Source: Nanoarchaeum equitans Kin4-M
GTDB lineage: Archaea; Nanobdellota; Nanobdellia; Nanobdellales; Nanoarchaeaceae
Reading direction: 5' to 3'
Length of the DNA stretch: 32,000 bases
NCBI GenBank assembly: GCA_000008085.1
Contig: AE017199.1
Span: 330,001-362,000 of the forward strand
The notes under the pieces are model-generated. The model saw only the letters and a program-made list of their open reading frames with translations, was not told the origin of the DNA and did no database searches. A program made the position numbers and the translations under genes. Positions 7,501-14,637 of the stretch are shown piece after piece. Every line of letters begins with the position of its first letter. Position 1 is the stretch's first letter.

Positions 7501-8192
7501 TTGTTTATTATAGAGCCTTCTGTATAGCCAGAGAACTTTATAAAGAATGGTTGTACTCTTACATTCGATAGCTTCTTCAAAGCATCGAATACTGCAAATA
7601 CATGGTTCATTTTAGTTTTGGTCTTACCGAAAGATCTAACCCAAACATCTTTTATTCCGGCCAATCTAAATATTTTCTTTATCTCATCGTCTGCAACTAT
7701 TCCTACTCCCTTTGGAGCTGGTTTTAATATAACTCTAACACTTCCGGATTTGCCCTCAACTTGGTATGGAATAGAATGGGGAGCCCCACAAGCACATTCC
7801 CAAGAACCACAACCTCTCGCAACTTTTATTATATTTAGTTTAGCTCTATTAATAGCTTTTTCTCTAGCTATCAATAAATCGGAGCTTCTTCCTAATCCAA
7901 CTCCAACATGGCCATCTTTGTCTCCTACTATGGCAATAACTTCGTATCTCGTTTTATTACCTTCAGCAGTTTTCTTTTGTGCCATTCTATATGGTTTTTT
8001 AGACCTAAACTTACCTCTTATTATACGCCATTTCATAAATTCAACCTCTAAATTTGGTAACAATACATCAACTATCTCTGGTTCTCTAATAACATATTTA
8101 TTAGATAATATCTCATCTATATTTGTTATTTTACCCTCTTTGACTAACCTGCCTAACTTGGTTTTAGGTTGCCATTCCTCTATATTAACCAT
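7497..8192 (-). CDS. rps5: 30S ribosomal protein uS5
   Basis: 231 aa. VIAIVGDKDGHVGVGLGRSSDLLIAREKAINRAKLNII and the C-terminal GIVADDEIKKIFRLAGIKDVW are typical of S5. GTTTTAAA at 8221-8214 gives a start 1 nt before the ATG. Confidence 0.9.
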   Translation of the reverse strand: MVNIEEWQPKTKLGRLVKEGKITNIDEILSNKYVIREPEIVDVLLPNLEVEFMKWRIIRGKFRSKKPYRMAQKKTAEGNKTRYEVIAIVGDKDGHVGVGLGRSSDLLIAREKAINRAKLNIIKVARGCGSWECACGAPHSIPYQVEGKSGSVRVILKPAPKGVGIVADDEIKKIFRLAGIKDVWVRSFGKTKTKMNHVFAVFDALKKLSNVRVQPFFIKFSGYTEGSIINK

Positions 8193-8222
8193 TGGAGAAA
8201 AAACAATAATTTATTTAAAACC

Positions 8223-9353
8223 TTATCTAGTGATTTGCAAGTTTTTCAATTCTTCTAAATATTTGTTACCTTTTCCTTCTAAGAAATATTTTCTAGCAGG
8301 CTCTAATATTTCTATTAGCTTTTCTGCTACATACTCTTTTAAATCTAATGGATGTATTTGCTTTTTAGCATACGCTTCTTTTAATTGTTCGACATTATCA
8401 AATTCCATTGTTTGATGGGTTTTTTTGTTTTCTATTACTATGGGCTCTTTTAATATTGGATATATAACATATTCGACCAATTCTATTATTGGGTTTAGCT
8501 CTATTTCCCCTATGGGGCAATAAGCCTTTCTAATTTTTCTCCTTATATCTTCGGGAGTATCATGAATAAATATTGCAGTCTCGGGTTTAGATTTAGACAT
8601 TTTGATATCTATAACACTGTCCTCAAATAATTCCCTATTGTTTGTTTTCTTAGCCTCTAATAGTTTTTGTCTAATATTCTCATCTATATGCATTCCTAAT
8701 AATAAATGATGGTGTACAGCTATGGGCTTATAACCAAAAGCATCTGAAACCTCTATGGCTATAACATGGGCCTTCCTTTGGTCTATTCCCCCATGGGCTA
8801 AATTAACATTTAAGCTATATATATCTGCAACTTGCATAGGCACATATAATAATTGGGCGAAACTTATTGATTCTCCTTGCTTTCTTCCCATAATAGTTAT
8901 GCCCTTTTTAATTCTATTTAATGTTGTGTTCATAGAGATTTTTATTATGTTTTCTAGATATTCTATACCCAATTTCTCATACAATTCAGAGCCTAAGACT
9001 ACTTTTACTTCGTCTGGGTCTCCTCCTACAGTTTTAAGCGAAACCTTTAATGCTTCAGCGAAATAACCTTTCGCGACTTTTCTTATTGTTTCTAAATCCC
9101 CGCCTAACTTTTTATTAATCCATGAATGGTAATCCGCTAAAAATAAAGTAGTTTTAACTTTGGCTTTTTGAAAATCTCTAACTTTTAGCATAGAAATTAT
9201 TCCTGTGCCTAAATGCACAAAACCAGAGATTTCAAAACCAATGTAATGGTTTAAATCTATTCCTTGTTCTAAATATTGCTTTAACCTATCGATAGTAAGA
9301 ATTTCTTCTGTGGGCTTTTGTGCGATGAGGTTTATTCTTTCTTCTATATCCAT
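8223..9353 (-). CDS. tyrS: tyrosyl-tRNA synthetase
   Basis: 376 aa class I aaRS. HLGT (HIGH-type) and KMSKS motifs. [16 protein letters not shown] and [24 protein letters not shown] resemble archaeal TyrRS, not TrpRS. Confidence 0.85.
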
Positions 9354-9374
9354 TATTTTAAAGCGAATCCCTAA

Positions 9375-9390
9375 TTTAAAAGCCTTTAAA
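9375..9390. promoter_or_regulatory. back-to-back divergent TATA boxes (tyrS / H/ACA RNA)
   Basis: Minus-strand CTTTTAAA at 9382-9375 gives a start at 9354 (ATG 9353). Plus-strand CCTTTAAA at 9383-9390 gives a start at G9411. Confidence 0.7.
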
Positions 9391-9410
9391 TTCTTTATAT
9401 ATTATTCTAT

Positions 9411-9567
9411 GGCAAGGGACCGGCGGCCGAGAGGTGTAACCTATGACTGTCCCGTCAGGGATAGGATGAATAGGTCCCACCGCGGCCGTCGACAGCCCGG
9501 CACGAGAGTCCCCGAGTGAGAAGGCTATGGCCGTCGATGAGCTCGGGTGTTAGTGTGCGGGCAACAC
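9411..9567 (+). ncRNA. two-hairpin box H/ACA guide sRNA
   Basis: GC-rich island. Hairpin 1: a 9-bp lower stem (9421-9429/9483-9491), a pocket (AGAGGUGUAA / UCCCACCG), a 5-bp upper stem (9440-44/9470-74), a K-turn (GA 9445-46 opposite the GAU bulge plus GA at 9465-69), a 7-bp stem with a GUCA loop, and ACA at 9492-94. Hairpin 2: a lower stem (9495-9503/9555-9562), a pocket (GAGAGU / UGUUAGU), an upper stem (9511-16/9542-47), an identical GAU-GA K-turn (9536-40 opposite GA 9518-19), an apical stem with a UAUG loop, and ACA at 9564-66. Both ACA boxes lie 14-16 nt from the top of the 3' pocket strand. A T5 run follows. Confidence 0.8.
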
Positions 9568-9575
9568 TTTTTAAA
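9568..9575 (+). promoter_or_regulatory. TTTTTAAA: oligo-T terminator of the H/ACA RNA doubling as the TATA box of rpl41e
   Basis: T5 immediately follows the second ACA box. The same octamer lies 20 nt before 9596, and the ATG is at 9597. Confidence 0.6.
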
Positions 9576-9596
9576 TGTTATCTTTCTTTTTCCCCA

Positions 9597-9704
9597 ATGA
9601 AGAGATCTAGTAGGAGATGGAAAAAATATATGCAATCTCGATGGAAATGGCAGAAAAAGAGAATGAGGAGAGAAAAACGTAAAAGGAGGATGATGAGGAG
9701 ATGA
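9597..9704 (+). CDS. rpl41e: 50S ribosomal protein eL41
   Basis: 35 aa: MKRSSRRWKKYMQSRWKWQKKRMRREKRKRRMMRR. The W-x-KKRMRR-x-KRKRR core is the eL41 signature. It begins at Met28 of the 9516..9704 track ORF, whose upstream part lies inside the H/ACA RNA. Confidence 0.8.
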   Translation: MKRSSRRWKKYMQSRWKWQKKRMRREKRKRRMMRR

Positions 9705-10183
9705 AATTCTCACTAAAGGTTTTAGTTATATTCCTTTATAGTGCTTTTTTAATAACATTTCTCGATTTGTATGTTAACTATCTAAAGGGAGAAACATTTA
9801 GATATATATTTTTTGATTTGGTTGGTTATCATATATTTCCATATTTGTTTGTTTTGATAGCGCCTTGGTTACCTTTAATTATTTTCTACCCGGAAAAACT
9901 AAATATATGGATTGCCGGAATAATAGCGAGCTCTTTGATTAACGATTTGGTATGGTGTATATTTTATTCAATAGACAATTGCTTATATAGAGAATTTCTT
10001 TCAAACGATATATGGATGGTTTTAGATATAGGGATAAAAATCAAAATACCGGGGATAGCGATGCTATTTTTTAGTATAGCGAGAGTTTTGCTAATAATTT
10101 ATTTAACTAGAGAGTATCTTTTTAATTTTTTCAGGCAAATAGTCAATATAAAGTTTCCCATTAACAAACGCATAAGGGTATAG
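9701..10183 (+). CDS. hypothetical integral membrane protein
   Basis: 160 aa with 4-5 predicted TM helices. Its ATG overlaps the rpl41e stop (ATGA), suggesting translational coupling. The 3' end overlaps the convergent 1012-aa gene by 81 nt. Confidence 0.5.
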   Translation: MKFSLKVLVIFLYSAFLITFLDLYVNYLKGETFRYIFFDLVGYHIFPYLFVLIAPWLPLIIFYPEKLNIWIAGIIASSLINDLVWCIFYSIDNCLYREFLSNDIWMVLDIGIKIKIPGIAMLFFSIARVLLIIYLTREYLFNFFRQIVNIKFPINKRIRV

Positions 10184-13141
10184 CTTTTTCTCTAAATATT
10201 GGTTATACAATAAATACTTTACCCCAACTTTCTTTAATTCTTCTATCGAGGCTTTCTCTATATATTGCTGCAATTGATATACGGCATAAGCTTCCTCTAC
10301 TTCATTTAATTGTTTGTCTCCAACTAATTTGGCAACCCTTCTAAAATCTTCGGGGCTATTAACATATAACCTCGCTCTTAAGCAGTAATCTCCATAAGCT
10401 TTTAGTATGGCTAATTTAGATTGCCCATCTAAATGTTTCAAAGCACACTTTACCGAATCATAATCACATAGTTTAGCTTTCTCTATACAGCTTTTAGTTA
10501 TTTCTATTTTGGCCTCTTTTGGAAGTTTGTCCCAGCAACTTACACAACAATTATCAATATTTTTAGCATGGCCTTTTATTTTGAATATCGCATCATATAA
10601 CATTTTATAAGTATCGGAAACAACATTTGTTATTTTTTCTAATAGTTTTTGTATATTTCCTATTAACCCATTAATGAAACCTATTGAATCTTTTAACAAA
10701 AGCAACGCACTAACTGCTCCCGCTCCAACAAATGGTATTGCTGCTGCTCCTGGTATTAATACACCAATGGCACACTCTAATATGGGGAAAACTATTTTAG
10801 CTAATATCATTAACAGGGAATTTACTATATATAATACGGCTAATATGTTTGCTAACATGTATGCAATATCTATTAGCGAAGGCATTTTACCATCTCTAAT
10901 ATTGGCTATCAAAGAATCTACTTCTTTTTTAGATTTGCCTAACATCGCATTTATTTGATCTATTTGTTTTTCCATATTAGAATTGCCCAAATCACATAGA
11001 TACAATAAACCGTCTAATTTGCTTACATCTATGTTTGCGAAATTTTTTAATACTCTCTCTATTTGGTCTTTGTTTTCTCCAACCACTTTGGCATAGCCAT
11101 TTTTTACTTCTAATGACAATTGGTATAAATATAATAAGTTCTTTTTACATTGCGATAATTTATTATAATCGAACCTATTTTTATAATAGTTTATCAAAAA
11201 GTTGAATAGCTTAGAACAGGATAATCGCGTTATAGATGTGTTATCCCAATATTTTACTATTAAATCAGCAACTCTAATTAGCTTGCTATCTAATGAAGGA
11301 TGTTGGTAGAAATCATACAATATGGCCATTTCATTATAAAGCTCTTCCGCTTTCTCCCTTAGCTCTGTGCTATTGTTATATTGTAATTCTTGGGCATATT
11401 GTTTATACACAGATTTTACATATTGATAAGTAAGGTTTGCGGCTTCTTTGACATAGTCCAATAACAAGTTTTTCTCTTTCGAGCTAACCAAATAAGAATA
11501 ATATAAAACTTTGTTTAACCACAAGTTTTTGTTATTGAATTCGTTTATCTCTTTATCTATTTTTTTCGCAATAAATGATATTAAAATTAAGGGATTTGCT
11601 TTATCTCTTATATCGTTTACTATATTGTTAGCGCATTTGTAAACAAATAAAAACCTATAATCGCTTGTATCAACATAAGTTACTTGTTTGTGTTTAGATA
11701 TTATCCAAATTGAGTTAAAATATACGTTACCTTTTCCAGTTTTTCCCTTAGTTCTTAAGAATTTATTACTATTGCTAATTATATATTGGTAGTTAGACCC
11801 AAACCCAAAATACCCGGCAATATCTTTATTACAACTACTTACTTTGGTGTTTAAGCTTTGAACCCACCTTTTTTTGTTTTCTACATAATTATATAAATCA
11901 TATTCATAACCTGCATATTCTTCATCGCCAGCATATACATTGTTTATATTAGAATAGCATTCTTTTAAGTTACAGTTACAATTTAAGTCTGTATTGTTAT
12001 CATTGGAAGCCCAACCATAATTACTATCATATTTGGGAGTAACTATAGTTTTAATTTTCCCTACATTGTTTATTATATCGTAAAATTCCTTCATACGGCT
12101 TTTTATATTAGAAAGATGTGATTTTAGTTGTTTTAAATCGTTCTGCGCTTTGCTAAGCAAATTAGATAGCAATAGCAATATTATTATTAATGGTGCCATC
12201 GTTGTTACATAATCTAAACAAAATCTGCTCGCTTTTATTTTAATTTTGGCTTCATACTCCAATGGGGGTAGTTCTATTTGAGAATCGAACCTATTATTAA
12301 AAACATACGATGGAACAGTTATAGACATTTTTTGATTAACATTTATTGGATTGTTAAAAGAGATAGACAATAAATTATTACCAAAATTGGATATAATAGA
12401 ACAAGCACTTCTTGCTATGCTCTCTATTATCCTATTTAATGGTATTTCAAACCGAGGAATACATACCCCACAAAGAAATGGAAAATTAAAGAATATATTG
12501 CCTATTCTATAATTGAACTCTATTCTTTTATTTATTTGGGCGTTTACATTTACATTGGAAAAACCAACATTGATCGGTTTCCCCTCTAAAGGTTTATTCT
12601 CTATTATCGATTTCTGTATTTCTTCGCCTTTCGCTTCTAATATTGTTTTGCCCCTTTCCTCTTTGGAAAAAGTTTTATAATACCTATTCCCAAATATGTT
12701 GCTATCTAAAATAAGGTTTACCCTAATGTATGGCCATTTTATTTTGTATTTTTCATTAGGGTTTACATCATTGGGAGTGCCTGTTACATAAACTATTGGT
12801 TTTAAACCTATATTTGTGTTAAAATTAATTTTGGGCTTAATATTTAGATTACATACTATGTTTATCCATGGGTTTGTTCCAATTAATGAACTATATCTTT
12901 TTTCTATTTCATTAGGCTTTGGGGGCAAAGGATAATTTAGATTAACCCTTGGATTACTATTTAAAGCGCTTTTCATTAAATTTGGGCTAACAAAATTAAT
13001 CGGTATATTAATATTTGGCTTACCAGGATTGACATTGTATAAACCAGTATATTTATATGTATTGGTTTCTATGTCTATAGATAATTGAGATACTGCTATA
13101 GGAGTAAATATTAATAGTGAGGCCAAAAAGTAATGGCGCAC
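10103..13141 (-). CDS. large (1012 aa) secreted/membrane-anchored protein, function unknown
   Basis: GTG start at 13141, exactly 20 nt downstream of ATTTTAAA (13169-13162). N-terminal signal-like MRHYFLASLLIFTPIAVSQL. An Asn/Pro-rich, beta-like N-terminal third. Internal hydrophobic segments (MAPLIIILLLLSNLL; IAYMLANILAVLYIVNSLLMILAKIVFPILECAIGVLIPGAAAIPFVGAGAVSALLLL). A Cys-rich helical C-terminus. Confidence 0.7.
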   Translation of the reverse strand: MRHYFLASLLIFTPIAVSQLSIDIETNTYKYTGLYNVNPGKPNINIPINFVSPNLMKSALNSNPRVNLNYPLPPKPNEIEKRYSSLIGTNPWINIVCNLNIKPKINFNTNIGLKPIVYVTGTPNDVNPNEKYKIKWPYIRVNLILDSNIFGNRYYKTFSKEERGKTILEAKGEEIQKSIIENKPLEGKPINVGFSNVNVNAQINKRIEFNYRIGNIFFNFPFLCGVCIPRFEIPLNRIIESIARSACSIISNFGNNLLSISFNNPINVNQKMSITVPSYVFNNRFDSQIELPPLEYEAKIKIKASRFCLDYVTTMAPLIIILLLLSNLLSKAQNDLKQLKSHLSNIKSRMKEFYDIINNVGKIKTIVTPKYDSNYGWASNDNNTDLNCNCNLKECYSNINNVYAGDEEYAGYEYDLYNYVENKKRWVQSLNTKVSSCNKDIAGYFGFGSNYQYIISNSNKFLRTKGKTGKGNVYFNSIWIISKHKQVTYVDTSDYRFLFVYKCANNIVNDIRDKANPLILISFIAKKIDKEINEFNNKNLWLNKVLYYSYLVSSKEKNLLLDYVKEAANLTYQYVKSVYKQYAQELQYNNSTELREKAEELYNEMAILYDFYQHPSLDSKLIRVADLIVKYWDNTSITRLSCSKLFNFLINYYKNRFDYNKLSQCKKNLLYLYQLSLEVKNGYAKVVGENKDQIERVLKNFANIDVSKLDGLLYLCDLGNSNMEKQIDQINAMLGKSKKEVDSLIANIRDGKMPSLIDIAYMLANILAVLYIVNSLLMILAKIVFPILECAIGVLIPGAAAIPFVGAGAVSALLLLKDSIGFINGLIGNIQKLLEKITNVVSDTYKMLYDAIFKIKGHAKNIDNCCVSCWDKLPKEAKIEITKSCIEKAKLCDYDSVKCALKHLDGQSKLAILKAYGDYCLRARLYVNSPEDFRRVAKLVGDKQLNEVEEAYAVYQLQQYIEKASIEELKKVGVKYLLYNQYLEKKLYPYAFVNGKLYIDYLPEKIKKILSS

Positions 13142-13161
13142 AGATGTATAATTAGATTTTA

Positions 13162-13169
13162 TTTAAAAT
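13162..13169 (-). promoter_or_regulatory. TATA box of the 1012-aa gene
   Basis: The minus strand reads ATTTTAAA, then 20 nt, then the G of GTG at 13141. It lies just downstream of the aIF5A stop codon. Confidence 0.6.
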
Positions 13170-13604
13170 TTATTGTTTAAACACTTGCATAACAACAGGT
13201 ACACCTAAATCCCACACTATAACATTGGCCCCAGGTTCTACTTTGTCTTTTAATTCCTCTGGTACTTTAGCTTCTATAACTTCGTATGTTTCCAAATCCA
13301 TTACTTGTGCTACTACTTCTTCTACTTCTCCTTGTGGAGAAGGTACTTTCCTTTTTTCTGTTGCTATTATTTGGCCTTTAATTTTTTTGATTTGGGGCAC
13401 TTTAATAGGGTCGCTTGTTGGTTTAATTATTACTATTTTCTTACCGCTTGTAACGCTAATTGCCTCTATTCTTGCTTTTGCAGACCCATGCTTTCCTGGT
13501 TTGGATGTTTCTATAGAAACTATTTTATATACTTCTCCATCTTGTTCGTTGTATATATAATTGCCAACCTTTAATTCTCCAACCTTTTTAACAATAACTT
13601 CCAT
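13170..13604 (-). CDS. eif5a: translation initiation factor aIF5A
   Basis: Hypusine-site loop TSKPGKHGSAKARIE. TTTTTAAA at 13632-13625 places the transcription start on the second ATG (13604, MEVIVKK...). The track ORF starts 3 codons earlier, at 13613. Confidence 0.9.
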   Translation of the reverse strand: MEVIVKKVGELKVGNYIYNEQDGEVYKIVSIETSKPGKHGSAKARIEAISVTSGKKIVIIKPTSDPIKVPQIKKIKGQIIATEKRKVPSPQGEVEEVVAQVMDLETYEVIEAKVPEELKDKVEPGANVIVWDLGVPVVMQVFKQ

Positions 13605-13622
13605 TTCTCGCATAGAATAAAA

Positions 13623-13632
13623 GTTTTAAAAA
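13623..13632. promoter_or_regulatory. coincident bidirectional TATA element (aIF5A / gatE C-half)
   Basis: GTTTTAAAAA. Plus-strand GTTTTAAA (13623-30) gives the G of GTG at 13651. Minus-strand TTTTTAAA (13632-25) gives the A of ATG at 13604. Confidence 0.7.
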
Positions 13633-13650
13633 TTTGTTTTCCTTCTAAAT

Positions 13651-14637
13651 GTGAAAGCTATCCTAAAAGATGTTACTTCTTTAGTTTCTAATTTTAATAG
13701 CAAAATAATACAAAAATCATTGAAAGAAGGGAAAAGGGCTTATATTATAGTTTTACCCAAGTTTGCAGGCCTTTTAAAATATGAAATAGGTAAAAGGAGG
13801 GTTGCTAAAGAATTGGTCGATGTTATTAAAAGGTTAGGCGTTAAAGGAATAATACATAGTGACGAATTGCCCAATTACGGTATAACCGAAGAAAATGTTA
13901 AACAAATTAGGGATTTTTTAAACATAAATGAAGAGGACGCTTTTATTATTTATTTGGTTGAACCTGAAAAATATAAAATTATCGCTGAAGCAATAATAAA
14001 TAGGCTAAACGAAATGATAAAATCTATTCCTAAAGATACTAGGCAAGCTCTAGAGGATGGAACTACTGCTTTTCTTAGGCCAAGGCCTGGTGCATCTAGA
14101 ATGTATCCCGAAACGGATCATCCATTAATTTTTATAGAAAAAACAAAGGATGGCTATTTAGTAAAGTATGGAGACAAAGAGTTTATTTATAAACCCAAAA
14201 AAATCGATTATGATAAAATATTTCAATACCTAAAAGAAAAAACTAATGAGAATTTGGCTAATGCCATAATTAAGAGCGAACATGTTTATTACATTATGGA
14301 GCTTTTTGAAAAATACAAAAACATAAAACCAACAATAATTGCTTCCATATTTTTTAACCCTGATGTAAAAATAGACTATAAAAAGATAGACATTGCCCTA
14401 AATGCTTTGAGTAAGGGTTTAATAACAAAAGAAGCGTTAGTAGATGTAATAAATAGTGATAACCCTGAAAAAACTATTAATGAATTAAAAGCTCTATCAA
14501 AAGAAGAAGCGAAAACAATTATTATGGATTTAATTAAAAAACATGGAAAAAAAGCTAAAGCCATAGCTTTCAAAGAGTTAAGAAAAAGAGTAGATCCGAA
14601 AATTATTAATGAAATTTTCCAAGAATTAGAAGGATAA
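13651..14637 (+). CDS. gatE: Glu-tRNA(Gln) amidotransferase subunit E, C-terminal half only (split gene)
   Basis: 328 aa starting inside the GatE insertion domain. HSDELPNYGITEENVKQIRDFL and DTRQALEDGTTAFLRPRPGASRMYPETDHP match the middle of GatE, followed by a helical/YqeY-like tail. The N-terminal catalytic cradle (about 270 aa) is absent. The gene has its own leaderless GTG promoter. Confidence 0.75.
   Translation: MKAILKDVTSLVSNFNSKIIQKSLKEGKRAYIIVLPKFAGLLKYEIGKRRVAKELVDVIKRLGVKGIIHSDELPNYGITEENVKQIRDFLNINEEDAFIIYLVEPEKYKIIAEAIINRLNEMIKSIPKDTRQALEDGTTAFLRPRPGASRMYPETDHPLIFIEKTKDGYLVKYGDKEFIYKPKKIDYDKIFQYLKEKTNENLANAIIKSEHVYYIMELFEKYKNIKPTIIASIFFNPDVKIDYKKIDIALNALSKGLITKEALVDVINSDNPEKTINELKALSKEEAKTIIMDLIKKHGKKAKAIAFKELRKRVDPKIINEIFQELEG

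Noticed and set aside
7618-8415. 265-aa plus-strand ORF
   Set aside because: It is a shadow ORF antisense to rps5 and the tyrS 3' end. It is low-complexity Ser/Leu/Pro-rich with no motif, and both overlapped genes have strong family signatures.
9310-9713. Track ORFs 9310-9519 (+), the 5' part of 9516-9704 (+), and 9525-9713 (-), rich in Arg/Pro/Gly
   Set aside because: They run through the GC-rich H/ACA RNA and the antisense of rpl41e. Their composition reflects RNA-structure GC content. Only the last 35 codons of 9516-9704 (eL41) are credible.
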